Assembly: GCA_014905635.1 (NCBI GenBank) | Contig: JABVCE010000032.1 | Location: 62,001-126,000 of the forward strand | Reading direction: 5' to 3' | DNA from: Scenedesmus sp. PABB004 | Lineage: Eukaryota | DNA length: 64,000 nt | Shown: piece after piece, positions 25,159 through 37,557 of the stretch | Numbering within the stretch: position 1 is the first letter of the stretch | How the letters are laid out: each line of letters starts with the position of its first letter | Program-made: the position numbers and the translations under genes | Notes under the pieces: model-generated | The model's database searches: none | What the model was told of the DNA's origin: nothing | What the model saw: the letters and a program-made list of their open reading frames with translations, nothing else

Positions 25159-25481
25159 CGCAGCCCCCGCCGACACTGCGCTCACTCCGCTGCCGCTGCC
25201 GCGCCGGCCCCCGCAGCCCTTGCCGCGTGCACGAGCGCGCCCACCAACGCCACCGCACTGCCAGCCAACGCGGCGTGGGGCACCTGCACCAACATCAGCA
25301 GCGGCTCGTCCTGCGCCGCCGTGTGCGCGAGCGGCTACACCGCGACTGCCGGCACGTCCAGCGGCGCCCTGTGCACCAACGGTACCTACGCGGCCTCGGT
25401 CTCGGGCAACCTCACCTGCGTGGCAAACCGTGAGCGCGCTGCGCAGGGGGCTGCCCGCGCTGGCGCCGCTCGCGGCACGCT

Positions 25482-25515
<34 letters not shown>

Positions 25516-25841
25516 CGCAGCCCCCGCCGACGCTGCGCTCACTCCGCTGCCGCTGCCGCGCCGGCCCCCGCAGCCCTTGCCGCGTGCACGAGCGCGCCCA
25601 CCAACGCCACCGCACTGCCAGCCAACGCGGCGTGGGGCACCTGCACCAACATCAGCAGCGGCTCGTCCTGCGCCGCCGTGTGCGCGAGCGGCTACACCGT
25701 GACTGCCGGCACGTCCAGCGGCGCCCTGTGCACCAACGGTACCTACGCGGCCTCGGTCTCGGGCAACCTCACCTGCGTGGCAAACCGTGAGCGCGCTGCG
25801 CAGGGGGCTGCCCGCGCTGGCGCCGCTCGCGGCACGCTGCC

Positions 25842-25892
<51 letters not shown>

Positions 25893-26215
25893 CGCAGCCC
25901 CCGCCGACACTGCGCTCACTCCGCTGCCGCTGCCGCGCCGGCCCCCGCAGCCCTTGCCGCGTGCACGAGCGCGCCCACCAACGCCACCGCACTGCCAGCC
26001 AACGCGGCGTGGGGCACCTGCACCAACATCAGCAGCGGCTCGTCCTGCGCCGCCGTGTGCGCGAGCGGCTACACCGCGACTGCCGGCACGTCCAGCGGCG
26101 CCCTGTGCACCAACGGTACCTACGCGGCCTCGGTCTCGGGCAACCTCACCTGCGTGCCAAACCGTGAGCGTGCTGCGCAGGGGGCTGCCCGCGCTGGCGC
26201 CGCTCGCGGCACGCT

Positions 26216-26249
<34 letters not shown>

Positions 26250-26516
26250 CGCAGCCCCCGCCGACGCTGCGCTCACTCTGCTGCCGCTGCCGCGCCGGCC
26301 CCCGCAGCCCTTGCCGCGTGCACGAGCGCGCCCACCAACGCCACCGCCCTGCCAGCCAACGCGGCGTGGGACGCGTGCACCAATGTCACCAGCGGCTCGT
26401 CCTGCGCCGCTGTGTGCGCGAGCGGCTACACCGCGACTGCCGGCACGTCCAGCGGCGCCCTGTGCACCAACGGTACCTACGCGGCCTCGGTCTCGGGCAA
26501 CCTCACCTGCACGTGA
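19181..26516 (+). CDS. Large secreted modular protein: TNFR/ephrin-receptor-like Cys repeats, Pro-rich linkers, RRLL motifs, 11 sushi/CCP-like repeats
   Basis: Signal peptide; CxxCPxGT repeats; SPSP/PPAPP segments; multi-exon (internal boundaries partly approximate); stop TGA at 26514-26516. Confidence 0.8.
22674..26516 (+). repeat. Tandem array of 11 units (213-nt exon plus intron containing (GCAC)n), period 353-385 bp
   Basis: Unit starts 22674, 23027, 23412, 23765, 24130, 24483, 24840, 25217, 25574, 25951, 26308. Confidence 0.95.
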
Positions 26517-27373
26517 TCAACGGTGGGTCAAACAAGTGCTGACCTGGTTGCTCGTCTAGTAGTGCGCACAATCACCTCTTGCCGGTCCGTATGGGGGCCG
26601 CCAGCATGATGTTCCAGGCGTGTAGGAGGCACAGGGCAGAGCACCTTGCAGTGCCTGCAGGGTGTGTGTGTGTGTTTGTGTGAGTGGGTGGGGGGGGGGA
26701 AGCGGTAACCTAATGCCGATCGCCCAGCACCAGATGAGCTGCGGGCCACTCTGCGCAGTGAAAGCAACACGGCCACTCCCAGTGCGCCCCCCCCCCCCCC
26801 CATTTCCTCTCACCCCCAGCCGCCCTCCCCCCGCGCCTGAATCCCCAGGGGGGGAGGGGGGGGGGGGGGGAGGCGTGCGTGGCCAGCGTCGGGAGCAGAC
26901 TGAGCTGGCTCGTGAGAGCCGGGGCGCTGACAAGCTCGGGCGCTCTCTCGAGTCTACGCTGCGGTTACCTCGCCATGCCGCGCCCCGACGCCAGCACGCG
27001 CCGCCGCGGTGCACCACGCACCACGCACCACGTGCTGCCTCATTGTGGCAACCGACTCGCGCCGAGCTTTTGAGTGTGGGTGCCCGCACAGGCCGGCAGC
27101 GCCTCGCCCGCCCCGCGCACACGTGCCCCGGCCAGCAGGGCAGTCCCGGTCACACAGCACACCCGCGCCCCGCCGTCGACGCCGCGGGACCGCAGGGCCC
27201 CACTCACCGTCACGGCTGGCCAGCGCGCGCTCCCCCCTCCCAGCAACAGGGAGCACGCACACAGGTGCGCGCCCAGCCCCCCCCCCCCCCCCCTGGGGTA
27301 ACAGCCCCGCCGCCCTGCGCCCCGTGCAGGCGCGTGCCCCGCCCGGCCGGCGGCGCGGCGCCCTGGCGGGCGG

Positions 27374-30300
27374 TCAGGCCCCCTGGCGGGGCGCAAACTC
27401 GAAGATGCTGTCGGCGGGGTAGATGGTGGGCAGGTAGAGGATCTTGTCAGACGCCGCAGTCCTGCACGCGGGCGCGGGGGGGGGGGGGGCGTGAAGGGGG
27501 GGGGGGGGGGGGCGGCGCAAGGCGGGGAGCAAGGGGAGCAAGGGGGGGAGGGGGGGGGCGCGGGCGCGCGGGGGGCGCGCGCCAGGCACCAGCCACGCGG
27601 CCGGCCGTCGCCGTGGCCGTTGCCCCCCCCCCCCGGCCCCAGCCCTGGTCCCCGGCCCCGGTCCCGGCCCGCGGCGCGCCCGCCCCGCCGCACCGCGTGC
27701 GCCGCCAGTCGAGGGTGGTTGCCGCGAGGGCGAGGAAGGCGATGAGGTGGTTCACCGCGTACTCCTTGCCCACGCAGTAGTGCGGGCCGTGGCCAAAGAC
27801 CAGGAAGTTGGGCGCGTGCGTCACGTCCTCGCGCCGCTCCGGGCTGCGGGGGGGTGGGGGGGGTGTGGGTGGGTGCGTGTGCGTGTGTGTGCGTGTGTGT
27901 GTGTGGGGGGGGGGGGTGAGGGGGAAAGCATGTGGGGGTGTTCAGAGCGCGCGCGCGCGCGTGGGGCGTGAGCGGCGGCAGGCGTGCGCGCGCGCGCGCG
28001 GGGAGCGGCGCGCGCGGGCGGGGGCCACGGCGCGCACGCGCGCGCGGGGGGCGGGCGGCTGCCCACACACGCGCCGCGCCTGAAGCGGTCGGGGTCGAAC
28101 TTGTGGCCGTCGGTGTAGCCCTGGCGGCAGGCTGAGACGATGTCTGGGATGATGAAGGCGCCCTTGGGGCGGTGTAGGCCGGCGTGAGCGCAAAGGGCCG
28201 CATCGCGACCTGGGGGACCATCGGCGCGGGGGGGCGGAAGCGCAGCACCTCCTTGACCACCTGCGGGGGCGCGCGGGGGGGGGGGTGAGTTGAGGGGGGT
28301 GGGGGGGGGTGAGCGTGAGTTGAGGGGGGTGAGCGGGGGAGGGTGTGTGTGTCTGGGGAGGGGGGGGAGTGCGTGTGAGGGGGGGGTGAAGGGAGGGGGG
28401 TGAAAGGGGGGGGGTCCGGGGAGGGGGAGGGGGGCGTGTGAGTGAAGGGGGGGGGGGGAGGACACGGGGAGGGAGGGAGGGAGGGAGGGAGGGAGGGGGG
28501 GGGAGCGGCGGCGCGCGGTGTGGCGCCCTCTCAGCGCACAACCCTGAGAGCCCCATCCCCCCGCGCGTCCCCCCCCCACCTGGCGCGTGTAGGGCATGGC
28601 CGCGAGCGTGTCGCCCGTGATGGTGGCGCCCAGGTCGGGCCGCGCCGCCGCCTGCTCCGCGCGCACGCGCGCCAGCACGTCCGGGTGCTCCGCCATCTGC
28701 GTCAGCAGCCACACCAGGCTCGCCGTGCTCGCGTCCTGACGCGGCGGCGCGTGAGGCGGGGTGGCGGCGGGTGTGAGCGTGAGGCGGCGGCGGCGGCGCG
28801 CGCGCGAGAGGGCGGCACGCGTGCAGCCCCCTCCAGGCGCCTGCGCCCCCCCCCCCCCCCTCTCTTCACGCAACCCCCCGTGCGATGCGCCCCCGCCCTG
28901 CGCCTCAACCCTAAGCCCTGCCCCCCCTCCAAACCCCCAGGGGCCCGCACCCCCGCCCCCGCGCGCCTGAACCCTCAACAACCCCCCCCCCACCACCCCC
29001 ACACACAAGCACAAGCACCTGGGAGGCGAAGAGGAAGTCCATGACCGTGTAGGCCATCTCCCCGTCACTGCTGTACTTGGGCGGCGGCACGTTGCCCGCC
29101 TCGGCCTCCTGCGCACGCGCGCGCGGGGGAAGGGGGGGGGGGCTGAACGCGCCGCCGGCAGCCCGCCACGCCGCCGCGCGCCCGCGGCACTCCCCTCCCC
29201 GCTCTGCCCCTCCCCCCCTCCCCGGCCACACGCACCTCGCACTCCTTGAGGATCTGCTGGCTCCAAAAGTCCAGCAGGCACGCCGGCTCGCCGCCGCCCC
29301 GCATCGCCGCCTTGCTGCGCACGACCGCGTCCTCGAGCACGCCCAGGATGTACTGCCGGCCCTGCGCGTGCGCAGGCAAGAGGGGGGGGGGTCACGCGGG
29401 GCGCGTGCAGGGTCAGGGGCGGGCGCGCGCGCACACACGAGCGCGGGGGCGATGTGCCGCGCGGCGCGGCGCCCCGCCCCGCCCGCGCAGGGCGCAGGGC
29501 GCGGCGCGTCGCGCGGCCGTGCTGCGCCGTGCTGTGCCGTGTGCTGTGCTGCGCGGCGCGCGCGCGCCTTCATGGCGCGCCAGACGGCTGTCCCCGGGAA
29601 CTTGAGTGGGAAGGTGAGGAAGCCGGCGACCATGTCCATGAAGGACGACGTGAAGCGCGCCGCGACGGCGGGGTCGTCCAGGTAGGGGCCTGGACGGCGG
29701 GGGGGTGTCAAGGGGGGGTCGGGGGGGGTCAGGGGGGGTTCAAGGGGGGAGTTCAAGGGGGGTTCAAAGGGGGGTTCAAGGGGGTGTTCAAGGGGGGGGG
29801 GGTCAAGGGGGGGGTCAAGGTGGAGGGGGGGGTCAAGGGGGGGGGGGGGGGGGCTGTCGGCAGGAGGGGGGGGGGCCAGCGGGAGGGGGGATGGCGAGGG
29901 AGCAGGGGGGCGCAGCCGCGACAGCGCCGCCGCCGCCACGCCCCAGCCGCAGCAGCCGCGCCGGCACCACCGCCCCGCCCCCGCCCCCGCCGCCGCGCGT
30001 GGGCGCCGGCGGCGCGGCTCACCGATGAAGACGCGCTGCGAGGTCGCGCAGTTCATGTCGCGCACCAGGTCGCGCACCTCGCGCGCCCCCGGCGCGGCCG
30101 CCTGGGCGGCCAGCCACGCGGAGAGGTGCGCGCGGATGACGCCGTCCTGCTGCTCCACGTACATCGACAGCGCGCGGCGCGTGAAGAGCGCGAGGAAGCT
30201 GCGCCGCAGCGCCTGCGTGCGTGCGTGCGTGCGTGCGTGGGTGTGCATGTGTGTGTGTGTGGGGGGGGGGGGGGCAGGCGGGTCTGCGCCCCCGCGCCGC

Positions 30301-31287
30301 GCCTGCCCGCTGCCGCCGCTGCCCGCCCCCACCCCCTGCCGCCAGCCCCCCCCCCTTCCTCATGCCGCCCCCGCCGCGTCCGCGCGGCGCGCGCGCCTTG
30401 TGCTCTGGGCCGTGCATAAACGCGATGTTGCGCGTGCCCAGGATCATCTTGGCGTTGGGGTGCAGGTCCAGCAGCAGCGTGTCCTTGCTGCGCGCGCCCG
30501 GACGGGGCGGCGGCGGCGGCGCGGCGGCGGCGGCGGCCAGGGGGGCGGTCGCCGCGTGCGCGGGCGCGCGCAGGGCTGCGCGCCCGGCGGCGGACAGGGG
30601 CGGCGCGCGCGGCGGGGGCGCGGAGGCGCTGGCGCCCCGGGCGCCGTCCTGCCCCCTGCCCCCCCCCCCCTCCCCGGTCGCCGCCGCCGCCGCCGCCGCC
30701 GCGGCGCGCCTGTTGTGGTTGAAGACGTGGCGGATGGTGGCGGGGTCGGTGACCATGACCGTGAACTTGGTCACGATCGCGTTCCAGGAGAGCCCGGGGA
30801 ACGCGTACGCGCGCTGGCGCTCCCAGAAGCCGTGTGGGTCGCGCACCATCTCCACGATGCCGCCCAGGAACGGCACCGTGGCCGCGGGGCCTGCGCGGCA
30901 CGCGCGGGAGGCAGGGCGGCGGGCGCGGCGGCCCCACAGGGGTGGGCGCCGGCGCCGGCGGCTGCCGCTGCCGCTGCTCGCCCGGCCGGCGCCCGGCCGC
31001 GAGGTGCCCCCCGGCGGCGGGGCGGCGTCCGCAGCTGCGCGGCGCGCACCCGGCAGGCGGCCGCCCTTGCCGAAGCGGCCGATCTGGAACTTGGCCTGCT
31101 CCAGCACTGCGAGCGCCGCGATCGCCGCGGCCGCCCACACCAGCAGCGCGGCCGGCGACGGCGCCGCCAGCGCCGGCGGCAGCCGCGCCGACAGCGCCGC
31201 CACCTGCTCCAGCACCGGGTCCGGCAGCAGCTGCGTCAGGTTGTCCAGCTGCGCCGACAGCTGCGCCGACAGCTGCGCGAGCACCAT
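27374..31287 (-). CDS. CYP710: Cytochrome P450 CYP710 family, sterol C-22 desaturase (11 exons; apparent 1-nt frameshift near 28168)
   Basis: MDFLFASQDASTASLVW I-helix, EVLR (ExxR), FDPDRFSPER, FGHGPHYCVG heme motif, N-terminal TM. Confidence 0.9.
29700..29855. repeat. Degenerate ~12-bp G-rich minisatellite (GGGGGG[T]TCAA)n in a CYP710 intron
   Basis: About ten imperfect units visible. Confidence 0.75.
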
Positions 31288-31789
31288 TTCGGCGGCGGGC
31301 GCGCGGCGCCGCCGCGGCGCGGCGCTGCTGCTGCTGCTGCTGGGGGCCTGGCGGGAGGGTGGTCCAACGGCCCTGCGTGCGGCGTGCGTGGGTCGGCGGC
31401 GGCGCCAGCGGGCGGGGGGCGCCGAGTGGAGGGCGCTGCTGCTGCACGTCGACGTGCGCCCCGATGCCGTCGCCTGGCGGGTCGGCTGGCACCTGATCAC
31501 GCTCCCACAGCGACCACGCGCCGCCCAGCGGCGGACGCCGGTTGCTGGCGCTGTTGCGGCCCGGCCGGCCAGATGGCGCTGACCCCCGCACCTCGTGCGC
31601 CGGCTCCTGGGGCGCCCTCTCTGCGCGTCGCGGGCCGGGCGTGCTGCGCGGCGTGTGAGGGCGCAGCGCACAGCGTGGCGTGCGCGCTGCTCGCTGCAAA
31701 CGGCCGCCCGGCTGCCCACGGCGCAAAGGGCAGAGCGCATCTGCGCGCGCTGCAGTTGCCGCTGCAGCACGCGCACCGCACAGCACCGC

Positions 31790-33882
31790 ATGCAGCCGCC
31801 GCGCGCTCAGCAGCACGCGCCGCCGCCGCCGCTGCCGCCGGGCCAGCTGGCGGCGGCGGCGGTGGAGGTGCTCGCGCTGCCGGCGGCGTTCTCGCTGGTG
31901 GAGCGCGCCAACCTGCCGGCGCTGCAGGTGGGAGCGGCGGCCGCCTGCACAGGCGGCGTCGCGCCCGGCCCACGCCGCTGGGCCGCTGCTCACGCGCGCA
32001 GGCGGCGCTGGCCTTCCCCGAGCTCACGGCGGAGGCGCGCGTGCTGCGGCGGCTGCAGTACAAGGGTCGCAGCCAGCACCGCGCGGGCAGGCACCACCAG
32101 GCAACGGTGCAGGTGCACGCGTGCCAGGCGTGGGCTGCAGCAGCAGCGCGGCACTGCACATTCTTTGGCGACCGGCCCTCCCTCACCCTCCCTCCGCACG
32201 CCGGCCGGCTGCGCCAGGTGCTGCGCGCGCTGGACCTGCTGGCGGCGCTGCAGCTGCCGGCGCTGGTGCAGGACCTGCACGCGGCGGCGCTGCGCACGTC
32301 GCAGCCCGAGGCCGCAGCGGGCAGCAGCGACGGCGCGCAGCCGCGGCGCGGCGCGAGCCGCCAGCCGGGGCCGCCGCAGCCACAGCCGCCCGGCGCGCGG
32401 CAGGCGGTGCGGCTGCCCTGCTCCGCAGCGGGCGCGCGGGTCGCGCGCCGCGTGCTGTGCGGGGCGGCGCTCCTGTGCGACGCCCAGGCGGCGGCGCTGG
32501 CGGCGGGCGCTGCGGCGTCGGGGCAGCTGTCGCGAGGCTTCTTCATGCCCGCCTGCCTCGCGGCCGCGGCCAGCCTCGGCCGGCTGCGCGCGCTCGCGGC
32601 GGCGGCGCTGCTGGCGGCGCTGCAGGCGTACGCCGCGCTCGTGGAGCTGCTGCCGCTGCTGCCGCAGCAGCAGCCGGGCGGTGCCAGTGCCGACGACGAC
32701 GTGCGGGGCCTGCCGGCGCTGCTCAACGCCGTCTGGCGGGGGCCGCTGCCGCGCCTGCAGGCCATCCCGTTTGCAGACGGCGACGGCGTCGCGGCGCGGC
32801 GCGCGCAGCTGCGCGAGCTCCTCTGCATCGGCGACGTCGCCGAGACGCCGGCCGTGACAGACGCGGACGAACTGCGCCACGGCAGCGCGCGCGTCGACAG
32901 GGCAGACTTTGAGCGCCGCGCGCAGCGGCCGGCGGAGGGCGTCGCACCCGCGGGGCTGGGCGACCGGCGACCGCACCAGACGCCGCCCGCAGTGGTGTGC
33001 GAAGACAGGGCGCCCTGCCGCGCGGCTGCGGCTGGGGCGGCGACCCCTGGCGCGCCGGCGTACACGACACTGCCAGGCCTGGGCCTCGGGCTCGGGGGCG
33101 TGGGCCTTCAATGCCAGCAGGCCGCGCCCGGCCCGGCAGCGCCAGACGCTGGCGGCGCCGTGGCCGTGGACGGGGGCACGGGTGCGCCGGCAGCCGTGGT
33201 TTCGCCCCAGACGGAGCTCCAAGCGGCGACCGGCGGCGGCACGAGCGCGCCCGCGCCGGCGTCGCTGCCGTGCAGCGCGCCACGCGCAGCGTCAGTGGTG
33301 CTGCCGCGTGCGCTACCGGGCGGCGTGGCGGCCGCGCTGGCGATGCAGGCCTGCGGCAGCAGCGATGATGAGGACGCTGGCGGCAGGTGGGCGCTGTCGC
33401 GGCCGCAGCAATCGCTGGAGTGGCAGGAGCGGGCGCGAGAGGGAGAGCAGCAGCAGCAGCAGTTGCAGCAGGAGGAGGGGCAGCAGGAGGAGGGGCAGCA
33501 GGAGGATGGGCCTCAGGAGCAGGAGCAGCAGCAGCCGCCACCAGCGGTCCCCACAGCCGCCTCAGTGCAGCCAGGCAGCTCGAGACCCGCGCGCGCGGCG
33601 GCCGGTCAGGCGGGGCCGGCAGCAGGCGCTGCGCCGGCAGCCGACTGGGTCGAGGAGCTGCTGCAGACGGGCGCAGCGCCGGCGGCCGCAGCGGCGCCAG
33701 CGCAGGGGCAACAGGCAGCCAGCGGGCGAGCCGGGGCTGCTGGTGCGCGCACCGCCAGGGCTGGCAAGGGCCGGGCGAGGGCCTTGGCGACGCGAGGCGT
33801 CGAGGCGGCCCCAGCGAGCGGGGGCGACGGCGGCGCAGCGCGCGCTGACCCCATTCTCGACATGCTGCTGGGCGGGCTGTGA
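31790..33882 (+). CDS. NEPRO/DUF4477-like protein
   Basis: Exons 31790-31927, 32002-~32112, ~32218-33882; VLRRLQYKGRSQHR..VLRAL and QLSRGFFMP..ASLGRLR resemble the DUF4477 N-terminus; low-complexity tail. Confidence 0.6.
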
Positions 33883-33983
33883 GGCGTGAGCGCAGCATGC
33901 CGAGCGGGCGCCCGATGTTTTTTGAGTTGCAACCAGCCGCGGTCACGTGAACCCTGCAGACCCAGGGCTCGGTCCAGCGGCTG

Positions 33984-34345
33984 CCCCCGCACCTCGTGCG
34001 CCGGCTCCTCCTGGGCGCCCTGTCTGCGCGTCGCGGGCCCGGGCGTGCTGCGCGGCGTGCTTCGGTCGTGCGAGGGCGCTGCAGCGCAGAGCGTGGCGTA
34101 CACGCTGGGTGCAAACGGCCGCCCGCCTGCCTATAGCGCGCCAAGCAAGCAAAGCGTGCGTATCTGCGCTCGCTGCAGGTGCCGCTGCAGCAGCAGCACG
34201 CGCAGCACCGCATGCAGCCGCATCGCGCCCAGCAGCACGCGCCGCCGACGCCGCCGGGCCAGCTGGCGGCGGCGGCGGAGGTGCTCGCGCTGCCGGCGGC
34301 GCTCTCGCTGGTGGAGCGAGCCAACCTGCCGGTGCAGGTGCGAGC
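33984..34345 (+). pseudogene. Diverged duplicate of the upstream region and exon 1 of the 31790 gene
   Basis: Aligns to ~31582-31940; MQPHRAQQHAPP..VERANLPVQ plus GT donor versus MQPPRAQQHAPP..VERANLPALQ; no exon 2. Confidence 0.85.
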
Positions 34346-34466
34346 GGCGGGGTGGCCGGGCTGCTGGCTGCTCAGCACCGTGCTACGCACACACGCTGCT
34401 GGCGGCACGCGCAGCGTGGCGCGAAGCGAGCGCGCGGTGCAGGGCGTCGCCGAGCGTTGTTTTGTT

Positions 34467-35867
34467 TCACACCCCATAGAAATCCAAGGCTGTGGCGTTG
34501 GAGTTTGCATGCAAAAGTCGCAAGGAAGTTCCTTTCGAGTAGCTGCAGAGCGCCTCAACTGCTGTCTGCGCGGCGAGGCCGCGATGGGGCTCGCCCAACA
34601 CCCGGCCCCACATGAAATACCTGCTGTTTTTGAGTGTGTTTGCTCTCAATTTGCGGATCATGGAAGGATGGGCAAACTGCGCTTGCAGGTGCGTGACGAC
34701 GTCCTGGACCCTGTCCACCGCGACCACGCTGCTCGAAGGGATGCTGGAGTCCAAGCGCCGTCGCGTGAAAACATTGAGACGAGACTGCTCTCGAGTGACA
34801 TTGTGAGGCAACGAGTAGAAGAGTGCAAATGCGGCATACTTCACTTGTTTTGCAAACGGCAGCGCGTGCCAGGGCGGCCCGACAAACACCGGGACGCAGC
34901 CAGCCAACACGATTTCGGTCAGCCGCCGCGAGCTCTGCGTGTCGCCTGGGAGCACCAGGCAAAAGGCAGAGTCGAGCAGCTCAGACACAAGGGCCCTGTG
35001 ACCAAGCCGCGCGTCTCTGAAGTTGCCGTTGCAGGCAACTGTCACGTCCGAGCGGTTGAGGCGGGTGACATGGTGCGCCACGTGCGCTCGTAGCTGCATG
35101 CCGGACATTGTTGATTGGTATTGGCGTGATTGCTCGAGCCCTGCGCAGGTTCCCCGAAACCACAGCAACCGCTTGCGCGCGCTCGCATGCGCAGGGCCGC
35201 GCTGCACATGGGCGAGTGAGTTGTAGGGCGCAATCGTCGCGTTGACGCCGGCCTGCTCCTCGTCGCACAGCTGCCCCGGTTCGACGACCATGTAAAAGGC
35301 GCCCCGGCCGAGAACGCACGGGAAGTCCGCGCCGGCAAGCCACTCAATGTGCAGAGGGTGGGGCGCCATGATCGCAAACCCGCTCCCGCTGCCACCGCGC
35401 CACGCCGGCGTGGCGACGACCCGCGACATGAAGTCGCGAGCCACGCCCTGGTCAGACTTCACCGGCGTTCGCTTGCTGTGCATGGATACGACGTGATCTA
35501 GCGCCAACTGGGACGAGTCCACAATAATCACGTCGGCGTCTTCAGGCCGCGTGACGAGGTGCGCCGACCTCAGAATTGATGCGACCAGGATCGCTGGCCC
35601 GGCGTGCTGCATCAGCATGGGCGAGATCAGGGAGTCGGTGTAGCCCTCGTATGTCAACGTTTCTTTCAGCGCCGCGACGTACTCTGGCGCCGCGGTGTTG
35701 GACATGTTTAGGCCGAGCGCCTCGGGCGAGAGAATGTAGATAGAGCACGGGGCGGGGCCGGCGGCTGGTCCACTTTCTGGATCATGGCGCGGCACGCAGC
35801 GTGTGTTTGCAAGGAGCACCAAACCCGCGACGCCGACAGCGGCGGCGGCGAGCTGCCTGCAACGCAT
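34467..35867 (-). CDS. GT47 (exostosin family) glycosyltransferase, intronless
   Basis: N-terminal TM; LLWFRG, SAFCLVLPGDTQSSRRLTEIVLAGCVPV, LPF motifs. Confidence 0.85.
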   Translation of the reverse strand: MRCRQLAAAAVGVAGLVLLANTRCVPRHDPESGPAAGPAPCSIYILSPEALGLNMSNTAAPEYVAALKETLTYEGYTDSLISPMLMQHAGPAILVASILRSAHLVTRPEDADVIIVDSSQLALDHVVSMHSKRTPVKSDQGVARDFMSRVVATPAWRGGSGSGFAIMAPHPLHIEWLAGADFPCVLGRGAFYMVVEPGQLCDEEQAGVNATIAPYNSLAHVQRGPAHASARKRLLWFRGTCAGLEQSRQYQSTMSGMQLRAHVAHHVTRLNRSDVTVACNGNFRDARLGHRALVSELLDSAFCLVLPGDTQSSRRLTEIVLAGCVPVFVGPPWHALPFAKQVKYAAFALFYSLPHNVTREQSRLNVFTRRRLDSSIPSSSVVAVDRVQDVVTHLQAQFAHPSMIRKLRANTLKNSRYFMWGRVLGEPHRGLAAQTAVEALCSYSKGTSLRLLHANSNATALDFYGV

Positions 35868-36172
35868 TGTCTGCGCATCGTCGTAAAGGCGAAGCAGGCA
35901 GGACGCATGTGTTTCACTGCCGCAAGAGGGCAACAAGGGCATGCGCGGTACACGTTCGACCTTCGCTACAGCCAGCTGCAGCCAAGCTAGCTTGTTGGGA
36001 CGCGGATGACCTCGCGCGTGTGGTGCGCCGCGAGCACCACGTGCAGGGCGGCGCTGAGCAGCCAGCGCGGCGGTGGGAGGTGCAGGCTCTGAGAGGTCGC
36101 CGCCGCTGAACGCGAGCGGTGCCGGGCTGGGCGCCAGCCCCCCACAGGCTTGCAGCACCGCGTGCAACAATC

Positions 36173-37491
36173 ATGGAGTTGGGAGGGGCGGCGAGAATTT
36201 TGGATGGGCGCAAGCTGGTACTGGCAAGCCTGGTCGCGTGCTTCCTCGTCGCGGCCCTGCTGTCTGCGCGGGGCAGCTTCGCCAGCAGCCGCGCAGCTGT
36301 TCGGGTGCGCTTCAGGCCGTCGTCCTGCTCCTACGCTGCGTTTGCCGACCCGGCGGCCACCGTTGCAGACGGCGTGCCCCTGCTGCCGCTCGCAAAGGCC
36401 TGGAAGAACTGCTCGCAAGGTGCGGGGCTTTGCCAAGCGCAGAGTTCTGCGCCGCCTTGCAGCGCACAACGCGATGCCGCGCCACACCGCGCGCAGGCGT
36501 CTACGTCGACGTCGGCAGCAACGTCGGAGTTCAGATCCGGAAGCTGTTCTCCCCGCAGCTCTTCCCCGGCGCCGCGGCGCTGCCAGTGTTTAGCGAATAC
36601 TTTGGCGAGCACCGTGAAGGGGTGTGCGCTGTGGGCTTCGAGCCAAAGTGCGTAGACGTGTGCAGTGTCGCGCAGCAGCGCCGAGCTTGACGCCTCCTGC
36701 GCAGAGCACCAGCCCACTCCCGCCCGCCTGCTGCCGCGCAGCCCGGCGCACGCGGCGTACCTGTCGGAGCTCAATGCGCACTTTCAGAGACGCGGCCGCC
36801 AGGCGTTCATCTTTCAGGTTGCTGCTGCGCACACGCGCGGAACGGCAAAAATGTTCCACGATTCGGCGGCCGCAGCGACGCAGCACGAGGTGTGCCGCAC
36901 GCGCGCCGAGCGGCGGCTGCGGCGCGAGCGCGCGCGCCAGGTGCTGACACCACACTCTGCCCCCCTCCCCAGTGGGGCGCGGGGCTGGGCCACAATCCCG
37001 GCATTCACGGCGTCAACGCCACGGTCGAGGACGTGCCGCTCGTCAGCCTGGCCGAGTTTTTTGCCAGCGTCGTCCAGCTTGTCGTTCAGGTGAGCGCGGG
37101 AGCCCCGGCGCGCCGCGTGGGCGCGCCCAGGGTCGAGGCGAAACGGCCCCAGGCGCTCACCACCTGCGCGCTGTGTTCGCACCCGCCGCAGGAAGAGGCT
37201 GCGCGGAGCGGCAAGGCCCCCCCGGTGGTCGCCAAGTTTGACGCTGAGGGCGCAGAGTTCCTGTTCTTCCCGCCCATGCTCCTGTCGGGGCAGCTCTGTG
37301 CGATTGACTTTGTGTTTGCGGAGTGGCATGATTACATGCGCGACAAGATGAATGCAAGCGTTCGCCTGAGCAGCGCGCAGCACAAGCAGACGCTGGAAGC
37401 CTACCGGGCTGGGTCTCCGGGCTGCAAGGTCAAGCTCTCAGACCTGGATGACGAGAGCTACGTCGATGGGACGTCCATTCCCTTGGATTGA
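36173..37491 (+). CDS. FkbM-like methyltransferase C, type II membrane
   Basis: Exons 36173-36419, 36497-36647, 36742-36889, 36973-37089, 37192-37491; YVDVGSNVG, GFEPNP, KFDAEGAEF, FAEWH. Confidence 0.8.
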
Positions 37492-37557
37492 GTAACTCAG
37501 CAGTGCCCTCGCGCAGGCCACCGAGCAGGCGGCAGTGCTTGGCCAGGGCAGGCCGCA

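Noticed and set aside
22674..26516. Regular array as a CRISPR locus
   Set aside because: Units are 353-385 bp with no unique spacers, encode a spliced exon, and no cas genes are present.
28905..28980. AACCCTAA-like telomeric motifs in CYP710 introns (also ~14988)
   Set aside because: Isolated single units, not an array.
30025..33882. 1285-aa ORF and many other long Ala/Arg/Pro/Gly ORFs in the track
   Set aside because: Stop-poor shadow frames of very high-GC DNA; this one joins CYP710 antisense sequence to the real NEPRO-like exons.
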